Shown here piece by piece: positions 17,418 to 25,416 of a stretch of 32,000 bases of DNA. The position numbers and the translations under genes are program-made. Below the pieces are notes generated by a model. The model was not told the origin of the DNA. It saw nothing but the letters and a program-made list of their open reading frames with translations, and searched no databases. How positions within the stretch are numbered: position 1 is the first letter of the stretch; the number at the start of each line of letters is the position of its first letter. The DNA comes from Haloimpatiens sp. FM7330 (GTDB lineage Bacteria > Bacillota > Clostridia > Clostridiales > Clostridiaceae), in the NCBI RefSeq assembly GCF_042688525.2, contig NZ_JBHWAB010000001.1, positions 3,729,278-3,761,277 on the forward strand. The letters are read 5' to 3'.

Positions 17418-18065
17418 TTAGTATCCTAATTCTTTATTAACTATTATAACTTTTATTCTCCCCTTGTTACCTAAATTTTGTCTTCTAGTTACTACATAAT
17501 GACTACAAATTCTATCATCACTATGACAATCCACACAATAACCAACTTTTGTACAAGGAGTATTTTTATTAAGTCTTTTGGCATTTATAGGTGCTGCACA
17601 ATTTTTTACCCTTGATTCCGCTTCCTCTAAGTCAGCAACAATTTTATTTATTCCTGCTACAATAATAACTTGATCTGGGCCATATATAAGAGCAGCAACT
17701 CTATTTCCATTACCATCTATGTTAAACAATTCTCCATTTTCAGTTAAAGCATTTGTAGACATAAAATATGTATCTGTACAAAAACTTTTTCTATATATAT
17801 TTTTTATATCATCTTTAGTTAATCCTTCTTTATATCTGTCTAAAAAATTATATCTACTACTTCTTAAATGTTCCATAACTCCCGCTTCAAACAAAGTCAT
17901 AGAACCTCCTACAGATACTGTGTCTCCATCTTTTACAAGTTCCTCTATCTTTTCTATTAATTCTTTTTCGTCTTGTACAAAATACCCTTCCATGTTGTTC
18001 TTTTGTAAATTTTGTATTGTCTTTTCTACTCTGTTTTGTTGATACCATTCAACATTTTTATCCAT
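17418..18065 (-). CDS. LUD (lactate utilization, DUF162) domain protein with C-terminal Cys cluster
   Basis: VSVGGSMTL...NGELFNIDGNGNRVAALIYGP..VIIVAGINKIV is the LutC/YkgG-like core, with C-terminal CTKVGYCVDCHSDDRIC. The start is set at ATG 18065, 6 nt after GAGGTG. Confidence 0.75.
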   Translation of the reverse strand: MDKNVEWYQQNRVEKTIQNLQKNNMEGYFVQDEKELIEKIEELVKDGDTVSVGGSMTLFEAGVMEHLRSSRYNFLDRYKEGLTKDDIKNIYRKSFCTDTYFMSTNALTENGELFNIDGNGNRVAALIYGPDQVIIVAGINKIVADLEEAESRVKNCAAPINAKRLNKNTPCTKVGYCVDCHSDDRICSHYVVTRRQNLGNKGRIKVIIVNKELGY

Positions 18066-18093
18066 AATCATCACCTCATAAATAAATATTTTT

Positions 18094-19761
18094 TTAACAT
18101 TCTATACTTGAGAAAATCTTTTCTCCTTTTATTGCAATAATTTTATATAAAATTATTGTAATGCCTCCAAATACTAATAAAATGAAAGCAATTGTCTTTA
18201 TTAATCCTAAATCAAAGTAAAGAACACCGGCTATTAAACCTGCTATACTTACCCATGATATAATCATTTGAAAAAATGGATTTATGTTTTGTTTTACAGC
18301 TTTTTGTTCATTTTCCCATTTTAATTTTGGATGATTCAAATCTACAAATACACCTATCATTGATATAAAAGTTATAGCTAAAACTCCTAGTATTGCAATT
18401 ATTATACTTGTTACCACTGGCATTTTTAAAACAATTATTGCTACAATAAGCATAATTATTTCTGACATTATGCCCATTACTATACTTGATAAAACTTTTG
18501 CCATTATTTGTGTTCTATATGATATCGGTAAGAACTTACATATAAATATATCTTTTCCTTCTCTTGATATAGATGTAGCAGCTATTGCATTGGCTCCTCC
18601 AACAAATAACATAAATGCAAAACTCGCTGCAATTACTATTCCTTGATAAGATGTATTATTTAAAAAGGAACTTATCTTTGATAATGTCAATCCTCTATTT
18701 GAATTTGCCATCATAGGTATAATAAAAAATACAGGCCATAAAAAATTCATTATAACGCAATTATAAAAATATGTTGGTGTTCTAAATAATAGTCTAAGTT
18801 CTTTCTTAGTATAAGAAATTAATACTGACTGTTTAATAGAAGTTTTTTCTAATTCTTCAGAACTTAGTTTTTTTCTTTTTGATGAAGTTTCAGAAACACC
18901 TAATACTCCCTTAAAATATAGTTTTTCACTTATTATTAAAAATAATCCCAATACTGCAAAAGTAATACCTAAAAACATTAAAATATTTGTAATCCCTAGT
19001 GCACTACTATTATTAACTACTCCTAAAGCTGCCAATTTAGCAGTTGGGAATATAGTAGTAACTATACTTATAAAAGAGTTATTTCCTATATTAATCATTG
19101 AATTTACTTGTTCAGGCGTAATAGAACTTGAACTTAATTTTTGTATATAGAAATTAAAACCTAAAGCAAGTGCTAAACCTACTAGTCCACTAATTTTTCT
19201 AAATCTATCTTTATTTCTTGCAAAACCTGTAAATCCCATTATTAACATTACTATTAAAGATGATAATACTAAAGGAATTATTGGTATAGTAACAAAAACA
19301 ATTATGCTATATAAATAATATAGTAAACCTCCTCCACTTTTTAATCCATATGAAATTACAAGTGGAACAAAAAATACTGCTTCTGTTAAATATTCATATA
19401 TTAAAACAGTAGTAAGTTTTGCAGATATAATATGCCATGATTTAAAAGGAAGTGGCAATATATTTTCTATGTCCATTGAAAAATACAATGTATTCATAGC
19501 ATAAAATATTCCGAAAACAAATATAATAAGGCAATTAAGTGCAAAACCAATTCCTAATATTATGCCTTCTTGATTAAATTTTGATAAAATATCATAAAGT
19601 GCTGATGCGCCTTTTCCAATCATCATTATTAAAGGTAATAATGCTATTGCTAAAATAGCATATAATACTATTTTTTTACTGAAAATTTTACTTTTATTTT
19701 GTGATCGAGTTTCATCTCCTGATTTCAAGAAGATTTTTGTTAAAATCCACCATTTATTCAT
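18094..19761 (-). CDS. putative ABC exporter permease (large multi-TM, ABC-2/'putative ABC exporter' type)
   Basis: 555 aa with >=10 TM segments. It overlaps the upstream ATPase gene by 8 nt, implying translational coupling. Confidence 0.7.
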   Translation of the reverse strand: MNKWWILTKIFLKSGDETRSQNKSKIFSKKIVLYAILAIALLPLIMMIGKGASALYDILSKFNQEGIILGIGFALNCLIIFVFGIFYAMNTLYFSMDIENILPLPFKSWHIISAKLTTVLIYEYLTEAVFFVPLVISYGLKSGGGLLYYLYSIIVFVTIPIIPLVLSSLIVMLIMGFTGFARNKDRFRKISGLVGLALALGFNFYIQKLSSSSITPEQVNSMINIGNNSFISIVTTIFPTAKLAALGVVNNSSALGITNILMFLGITFAVLGLFLIISEKLYFKGVLGVSETSSKRKKLSSEELEKTSIKQSVLISYTKKELRLLFRTPTYFYNCVIMNFLWPVFFIIPMMANSNRGLTLSKISSFLNNTSYQGIVIAASFAFMLFVGGANAIAATSISREGKDIFICKFLPISYRTQIMAKVLSSIVMGIMSEIIMLIVAIIVLKMPVVTSIIIAILGVLAITFISMIGVFVDLNHPKLKWENEQKAVKQNINPFFQMIISWVSIAGLIAGVLYFDLGLIKTIAFILLVFGGITIILYKIIAIKGEKIFSSIEC

Positions 19762-20479
19762 TTTCAGTCATCTCCAAGAACATTTTTTCAAGTGATTCAC
19801 TGTTTTTAAAGTGTTCTCTCATTTCACTTAATGTACCACAAAATAGTATTTTACCTTTATTTATTATAGCAACTCTATCACATATTTTTTCTGCAACTTC
19901 AAGCACATGAGTTGAAAAAAGTACTGTATTTCCTGAATCAGCATGTTCTCTCATCATTTCTTTTAATATGTAAGAAGATTTTGGATCAAGTCCTGTCATA
20001 GGTTCATCAAGTATCCAAACCTCAGGATCATGTATTAAAACACCCATTATAATAATTTTTTGTCTCATTCCATGTGAATAGCTTTGAATTTGATCATCAA
20101 GTGCATTAATCATACCAAATCTTTCCGCTAGATTTTTTATTCTTTCCTTTCTTACATTTGCTGGCACATCATAAATATCTGCCATAAAATTAAGATATTC
20201 TATTCCCTTTAATCTTAAAAACATATCTGGACTATCTGGTACAAAACCAAATTCCATTTTAGCTTTCAATGGTTCTTTTTGAATATCAGTATTATTTATT
20301 TTGATTTCACCTTTAGTAGCAGCAATTATTCCCGTAATCATTTTTATTGTAGTAGTCTTACCAGCTCCATTTGGTCCTAAAAACCCAAATATTTCACCAT
20401 CCTTTACATTTAAATTCAAATCATCTACTGCATAAGTAGAACCATTATAGGTTTTTGATACATTTTTTAACTCAATCAT
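19754..20479 (-). CDS. ABC transporter ATP-binding protein
   Basis: Walker A GPNGAGKTT, signature YSHGMRQK, Walker B WILDEP. The start is set at ATG 20479 after GGAGGTATAAGT, not at the track start 20497. Confidence 0.92.
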   Translation of the reverse strand: MIELKNVSKTYNGSTYAVDDLNLNVKDGEIFGFLGPNGAGKTTTIKMITGIIAATKGEIKINNTDIQKEPLKAKMEFGFVPDSPDMFLRLKGIEYLNFMADIYDVPANVRKERIKNLAERFGMINALDDQIQSYSHGMRQKIIIMGVLIHDPEVWILDEPMTGLDPKSSYILKEMMREHADSGNTVLFSTHVLEVAEKICDRVAIINKGKILFCGTLSEMREHFKNSESLEKMFLEMTENE

Positions 20480-20841
20480 ACTTATACCTCCGTTCATTCT
20501 ATATTTTATATCTATTTAATAATAAAATACCACTCATCTAACTGTAATACAATTGAATTTTTTTCAGTCAACCTAACAATAACCTTAACTCCTAAAAAAC
20601 TCTGATATACTCTCTTTTCTAAAAAAACATCTTAATATCCTCCTTAAAAACAATATATTTTTAATCATTTTAAATTTTTACTTTCGTTTATTATAGGCTA
20701 TATCATATTCTTTTATATAATTTATATTTATATTTATTAAGTTGTTCATAATCTTTTAAGGTAAGTTTGTTAAACTTTATATATAGTATAATATACTATA
20801 TATAAATATTCAAGTATTTTTTTTATTTTGTTTACATTTTA

Positions 20842-21360
20842 TTAAAACATAAATTTCGCTAAAGTCACAGCCATTATGATAGCTGTTAAATCCGCAAATA
20901 TTGCTGCCCATAAAGTATGTCTTATATTCTTAATTTTAACCGCTCCATAATAAACAGTTAATGTATAAAATATAGTTTCTGTAGACCCCATTACTATAGA
21001 AGCAACCTTACCAATATAACTATCTGCACCATACTTATTCAATGTATCAGCAAAAATACCAAGTGCCCCACTACCTGATAAAGGTTTTACCATTACTAAT
21101 GGCACAACCTCTGGAGGAAGTCCTATAAATTTTACAATTGGCTTTATTAAACATATAAAATAGTCTAGCAGTTTGGATTGTCTAAATACTGCTACCGCTA
21201 TTAACATAGCTAATAAATATGGAAATATTTTTACACATATAGAAATTCCATCTTTTGCACCATCTACAAAACACTCATAAACTTTCACTCCATTTTTCAT
21301 CCCATATATAACTATCAATCCTATCAGTATAGGAATTATAGATTTAATAATATAACTCAT
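20842..21360 (-). CDS. spmB: spore maturation protein B (nucleoside-recognition/Gate domain membrane protein)
   Basis: 172-aa polytopic protein immediately downstream of spmA. The size and pairing are typical of spmA-spmB. Confidence 0.8.
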   Translation of the reverse strand: MSYIIKSIIPILIGLIVIYGMKNGVKVYECFVDGAKDGISICVKIFPYLLAMLIAVAVFRQSKLLDYFICLIKPIVKFIGLPPEVVPLVMVKPLSGSGALGIFADTLNKYGADSYIGKVASIVMGSTETIFYTLTVYYGAVKIKNIRHTLWAAIFADLTAIIMAVTLAKFMF

Positions 21361-21387
21361 AAAAACCCCCTATTTATAAATCACTAC

Positions 21388-21963
21388 TTAAAAATGTTTT
21401 TGAAGTATTTTACAAATTATTATTCCAACTAATGCTGATGTTCCTGTTGTAAGTATTGCTGGAATAATAATAGCCCCTGGATTTTGTGAATTACAAGCTG
21501 CTCTTATAGATATAACAGATGTAGGGACAAATTGAATACACGCCGCATTTAACACTAAAAATAGAGCCATATCATTACTTGCAGTATCTTTTTTTGTATT
21601 TAATCTTTGCATTTCTTCCATGGCCTTAATTCCAAATGGTGTAGCTGCATTTGAAAGTCCCATCATATTTGCAGTTAAATTCATAATTATAGCTCCCATA
21701 GCTTTCTTGTCCTTCCCCGCCTTCGTAAATAATTTTTCTAATACAGGTCTTAAAATCTTACCAAGCTTTTCTGTAAGTCCACTTTCCTGCGCAATCCTCA
21801 TGACCCCACACCAGAGACACATCATTCCTACTAAATTAATCATTAATTTAACTGTAGATGCTGTACTATCTACTATTGATTTTGATATTACTTCACCACT
21901 TCCTGTTATTAGTCCAAAAATTATACTACTTACGAGTATTAGAAACCATATAATATTAATCAT
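21388..21963 (-). CDS. spmA: spore maturation protein A
   Basis: MINIIWFLILV... N-terminus. 191-aa Gate-domain membrane protein paired with spmB. Confidence 0.8.
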   Translation of the reverse strand: MINIIWFLILVSSIIFGLITGSGEVISKSIVDSTASTVKLMINLVGMMCLWCGVMRIAQESGLTEKLGKILRPVLEKLFTKAGKDKKAMGAIIMNLTANMMGLSNAATPFGIKAMEEMQRLNTKKDTASNDMALFLVLNAACIQFVPTSVISIRAACNSQNPGAIIIPAILTTGTSALVGIIICKILQKHF

Positions 21964-22183
21964 AAATTTCCCCCAATATATATTAATATTCCATTAATAT
22001 ATATGAATAAGTCACTTATTATTTAACTCTTTTCTAAATAAAATAATTAATATATTTTATTGAAAAAGGGAATTATAATATTACTTACCTTTTGCAGGAC
22101 AAAAATAAATTTTAACAGAATTTAGATTTGTAAGCTGTGAAAGTTTATAATGTTAAAATTTAATTTTTAGGAGGATATTATAA

Positions 22184-22360
22184 ATGAATAGTTCAAGAGC
22201 TAAACAAATATTAAATTCTAAAAAAAATATTTCTGTTTATTATAAAAATACCCCTGTTTGGATTGATGAAATATATGATAATGGAACTGTTAGTGTTAAA
22301 AATTTAAATACAGATAAAAATATAGTTGTTTCTGTAAAAACATTAAATGAACTTTCCTAA
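22184..22360 (+). CDS. sspH: H-type small acid-soluble spore protein (58 aa)
   Basis: Not in the ORF track (too short). TAGGAGGATATTATAA precedes the ATG. My translation MNSSRAKQILNSKKNISVYYKNTPVWIDEIYDNGTVSVKNLNTDKNIVVSVKTLNELS fits the SspH pattern (RAK.I..S...V.Y.G.P.WI...). Confidence 0.75.
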   Translation: MNSSRAKQILNSKKNISVYYKNTPVWIDEIYDNGTVSVKNLNTDKNIVVSVKTLNELS

Positions 22361-22412
22361 TAAGAATGCAGACACATATTTCATAAAAACCTTTCACTTT
22401 GGTTAAAAATTA

Positions 22413-22450
22413 TAAAAAAGTCCAGCAGCTATAATATTAACTACTGGACT
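22413..22450 (-). terminator. rho-independent terminator (minus strand) after the HAD remnant; may also stop sspH transcripts
   Basis: Stem AGTCCAGCAG (22419..22428) / CTACTGGACT (22441..22450). The single mismatch becomes a G-U pair only on the minus strand, where the stem is followed by UUUUUUAUAAUUUUU. Confidence 0.6.
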
Positions 22451-22478
22451 AACTATCATATTTAAATTTACTAGTATA

Positions 22479-22553
22479 TCATTTTTTCTTATTTCTCACC
22501 ATTACTCCATCCATATCCCAAATAACTAATTTAAACGTTAGGACACCCTCCAT
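22479..22553 (-). pseudogene. 24-codon remnant of a HAD-superfamily hydrolase 5' end
   Basis: The minus-strand ORF MEGVLTFKLVIWDMDGVMVRNKKK* contains HAD motif I (hhhhDxDG[TV]) and then stops. No continuation exists in any frame before the terminator. Confidence 0.5.
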
Positions 22554-22841
22554 AAGATAATAATTAATTTTATCGTAATTATATAATTATCTATACAAAT
22601 ATTGAATAAATTTATAGAAATAAAAGTATGTAAATATATAACTATTAACTTTCATAATTTTCAAATAATATTCTGCTGCAATACCTATTTTCCTCATTAA
22701 ATGAGTTACTATACTAATTTATTATAATTTAACACACTATTACTGTAATTAATATAGCTTTAAGCATTAACTCCAACTTATGAATAAATAAAAAAGTATA
22801 GTATAATAATATTAATTTAATGGTTTTTAGGGGGATTTTAT

Positions 22842-23300
22842 ATGAATTGTGTAGTATTATATGCCACATCAACAGGTAATACTGAAAAAATTGCTCTTTC
22901 TATCGCTAAAAATCTAAATATAAATTGTATTAAATTAAATGAAAACAGTACCTATGACAATTTAAATTTAAAAAATTACGACTTAGTTTTACTTGGAAGT
23001 GGTATTTATGGTGGAACTTTGCACAAAAATTTAATTAATTTCATAAATTCTATAAATACAACAGATAAAAAAACATTTAGTTTTTTCATAAGCTGGTTTG
23101 GGAGAGGACATAGTGATAAAAAAGCTATTAATCGTTGTAAAAATGTGTTATTAGAAAAAAATCAAAATGTAATTGATAATTACTATGAATGTTATGGTGA
23201 AGGTTTTTTATTTATAAAAAAGGGACATCCTTCTGAACAAGAACTTCATTCAGCCATTCAATGGGCAAAAGAAGTTATAAATGGGCAAAAAAAGTTATAA
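22842..23300 (+). CDS. flavodoxin-like domain protein
   Basis: MNCVVLYATSTGNTEKIA N-terminal FMN phosphate-binding loop. 152 aa. GGGGGA RBS. Confidence 0.75.
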   Translation: MNCVVLYATSTGNTEKIALSIAKNLNINCIKLNENSTYDNLNLKNYDLVLLGSGIYGGTLHKNLINFINSINTTDKKTFSFFISWFGRGHSDKKAINRCKNVLLEKNQNVIDNYYECYGEGFLFIKKGHPSEQELHSAIQWAKEVINGQKKL

Positions 23301-23336
23301 AAAATACCTGTGACTCAAAATTCACAGGTATTTTTT
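23301..23336. terminator. bidirectional terminator between convergent flavodoxin-like and rubrerythrin genes
   Basis: AAAAAATACCTGTGA-ctcaaaat-TCACAGGTATTTTTT: an 11-bp stem with A and T runs on either side. Confidence 0.85.
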
Positions 23337-23369
23337 GATATTATATGGGGGTATTTGGGAGTTTGTATT

Positions 23370-23915
23370 TTATTTAAAATGTCTATTTAATAACCCTCTA
23401 AATGCACTACCATGACGAGCTTCATCTTTGCACATTTCATGTACTGTGTCATGTATTGCATCATAGTTTAATTTCTTAGCTAATGTTGCTAAATCTTTCT
23501 TACCTTGACAGGCACCATGCTCTGCTTCTACTCTCATTTCAAGATTTTTCTTAGTGCTATCTGTTACAACTTCTCCAAGTAATTCTGCAAATTTAGCAGC
23601 ATGTTCTGCTTCTTCCCAAGCAATTCTCTTGTATGCTTCTGCTATTTCTGGAAATCCCTCTCTATCAGCTTGTCTACTCATTGCAAGATACATTCCAACT
23701 TCTGTACATTCTCCAGTAAAATTAGCTCTTAACCCTTCTAAAACTTCTGGCTCTACATCTTTTGCAATTCCTACTCTATGCTCATCAGCCCAAGCAAGAT
23801 TTTCTTCATTTTTTTCAACAAATTTATCTTTTGGAGCTCCACATTGAGGACACTTTTCTGGTGCCTCATTTCCTTCATGTATATATCCACAAATTGTACA
23901 AACAAATTTTTTCAT
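23370..23915 (-). CDS. rbr: reverse rubrerythrin (N-terminal rubredoxin-like CxxC...CxxC, C-terminal diiron ferritin-like domain)
   Basis: The N-terminus carries the rubredoxin-like CTICGY...CPQCG. The diiron ligands follow: GECTEV, the EEAEHA helix and KDEARH. Confidence 0.9.
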   Translation of the reverse strand: MKKFVCTICGYIHEGNEAPEKCPQCGAPKDKFVEKNEENLAWADEHRVGIAKDVEPEVLEGLRANFTGECTEVGMYLAMSRQADREGFPEIAEAYKRIAWEEAEHAAKFAELLGEVVTDSTKKNLEMRVEAEHGACQGKKDLATLAKKLNYDAIHDTVHEMCKDEARHGSAFRGLLNRHFK

Positions 23916-23981
23916 AATAAAATCCTCCTACTATTTACTATATATTTTTTTTAATATATTTTCTAAACTTTTGATGTTTTA

Positions 23982-24011
23982 ATTATATACTTAACTAATA
24001 CTAATTGTCAA
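23982..24011 (-). promoter_or_regulatory. sigma-A type promoter for rubrerythrin
   Basis: Minus strand TTGACA (24011..24006), 18-nt spacer, TATAAT (23987..23982). Confidence 0.6.
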
Positions 24012-24054
24012 GAGACTTTTTATATTTATTAATAATTATTATTAGTAAATTTTC

Positions 24055-24993
24055 TTAGTCAAGTTGTAATTCAAATTTTTCAGCCATCTCGTCTATATTA
24101 GTTGCTCTCATATCACTACTTAACATAGGTAATTTTATTATGTTTTTGTCTTTAAATTCTTTTTCTATTTCTTTTAAATATTTCTTTTCTAACTTCTTCT
24201 TATTTACCCAAAATTCATCTTTTATATCTTCTGGTAATATTCGATTCACTACTAAATTATTCACATGAATATTATATTTATTAAGTACATTTATAGCCTT
24301 TTTTGTTTCTTCTATAGGAAGTTTTTCTGCATTTAAAACAAATATAAAACTTAATTTTTTATCATCTATTATTATCTTTCTTGCCTTTTCCATATGCTCT
24401 TTTCTTCTATTGAGTATTTTTAATATAGGATCATCTTCAATTTTTTTATCATCTACTTTAGCTGAATTTTCAGCCATTTGTGATAACTTTAATGCTTTTC
24501 TACGCTTCATCATAAGTGAATTAGTCCACATACCTAATAATTCAGGTAAAGATAACAATCTTAATGTATGACCTGTAGGTGCTGTATCAAATATTATCTG
24601 GTCATATTCATATATCTTTTCATTAATTATTTCTATCATTTTATCAAAAACAGCTGCTTCCTGAGTACCTGGTGAAACTGATGCTGCATCTAGCTGCTTA
24701 TTTATTTCCTTTACAATAACTGGGCTTATTACACTTTTAAGATTTTGTCTTACACCATTTATATATTTTTCACTCTCATAATTTGCATCTATTTCTACTG
24801 CATCTAGATTATCTCTTAAATTTATAATTTCCCTGCCTATCTTGTTTTCAAAAATATCTGATATAGAATGTGCTGGATCTGTTGAAATTAACAGTGTTTT
24901 TCTTCCATTTTTTGCAGAACATACTGCACAAGCGGCAGAACAAGTAGTTTTTCCAACTCCACCTTTTCCACCAAAAAATACTATATTGTTCAT
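24055..24993 (-). CDS. ArsA/GET3/TRC40-family P-loop ATPase (single-domain, 312 aa)
   Basis: P-loop GGKGGVGKTT, STDPAHSISD, and switch II DTAPTGHTLRLL. The start is set at ATG 24993, 6 nt after GAGAGGTG. The track start 25002 is a GTG inside the SD. Confidence 0.88.
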   Translation of the reverse strand: MNNIVFFGGKGGVGKTTCSAACAVCSAKNGRKTLLISTDPAHSISDIFENKIGREIINLRDNLDAVEIDANYESEKYINGVRQNLKSVISPVIVKEINKQLDAASVSPGTQEAAVFDKMIEIINEKIYEYDQIIFDTAPTGHTLRLLSLPELLGMWTNSLMMKRRKALKLSQMAENSAKVDDKKIEDDPILKILNRRKEHMEKARKIIIDDKKLSFIFVLNAEKLPIEETKKAINVLNKYNIHVNNLVVNRILPEDIKDEFWVNKKKLEKKYLKEIEKEFKDKNIIKLPMLSSDMRATNIDEMAEKFELQLD

Positions 24994-25051
24994 GTCAAAC
25001 ACCTCTCATCTAAGTTATAAAATGTTATTTTAATATTAGTAATATCTTTGA

Positions 25052-25345
25052 TTAAGCATCTAAATCATAGTCTCCCCATTTTTCTCCCCAAATAGATTTT
25101 CTATCCATCATTCTTCTTTGCCACCTTTCCATGTCTTCTGCAAGATATGGTAAAAGTTCTAATGTATAATAACTAGTAGGAATTGGTAGTCCTAAAATTT
25201 CTGCAAAACAAATTAGCATAAAGTTATCCATTTCTTCACTAGCTTCTTTTTGAAGTATAGCTCTTGATTTTCTATTAAAATCTGTTGCACCTTTAAAAAA
25301 TAGCTTTAATCCTTCTAAAAATTTTTTTAATTTATCTTCAGACAC
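25052..25345 (-). CDS. hypothetical small helical protein (97 aa)
   Basis: GTG start preceded by AGAGGTGA. Predicted cytosolic and helical (…MLICFAEILGLPIPTSYYTLELLPYLAEDMERWQRRMM…). I recognise no family. Confidence 0.6.
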   Translation of the reverse strand: MSEDKLKKFLEGLKLFFKGATDFNRKSRAILQKEASEEMDNFMLICFAEILGLPIPTSYYTLELLPYLAEDMERWQRRMMDRKSIWGEKWGDYDLDA

Positions 25346-25370
25346 TCTGAATCACCTCTATGATTAAATT

Positions 25371-25400
25371 AAAGCTAACGTAAATAAATACGTTAGCTTT
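25371..25400 (-). terminator. strong intercistronic hairpin after cstA (attenuator/partial terminator or mRNA-stabilising stem)
   Basis: 12-bp perfect stem AAAGCTAACGTA / TACGTTAGCTTT with a 6-nt loop, followed on the minus strand only by AAUUUAAU (poor U tract). Confidence 0.5.
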
Positions 25401-25416
25401 ATAAACAATAAATATA

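Noticed and set aside
20545-20700. Alternative 27-aa leader ORF (MIKNILFLRRILRCFFRKESISEFFRS) in the ABC operon leader
   Set aside because: Its SD is poor and distant (GAAAG, 13 nt upstream), and the ORF runs over the much better SD of the MFF mini-ORF. It is no more convincing than background.
22386-22399. 13-nt identity (AAACCTTTCACTT) with the central loop of the 12524..12671 element
   Set aside because: The match is too short and lacks flanking similarity or the terminal inverted repeats. It could be chance or a tiny relic and does not support calling a third copy.
24030-24041. TAATAATTATTA palindrome upstream of the rubrerythrin promoter as a PerR/Fur-type box
   Set aside because: It is only 12 bp, made entirely of A and T in a very AT-rich intergenic region, lies upstream of the -35, and does not fit the 7-1-7 TTATAATnATTATAA consensus well. 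It is not distinguishable from chance without a genome-wide motif model.
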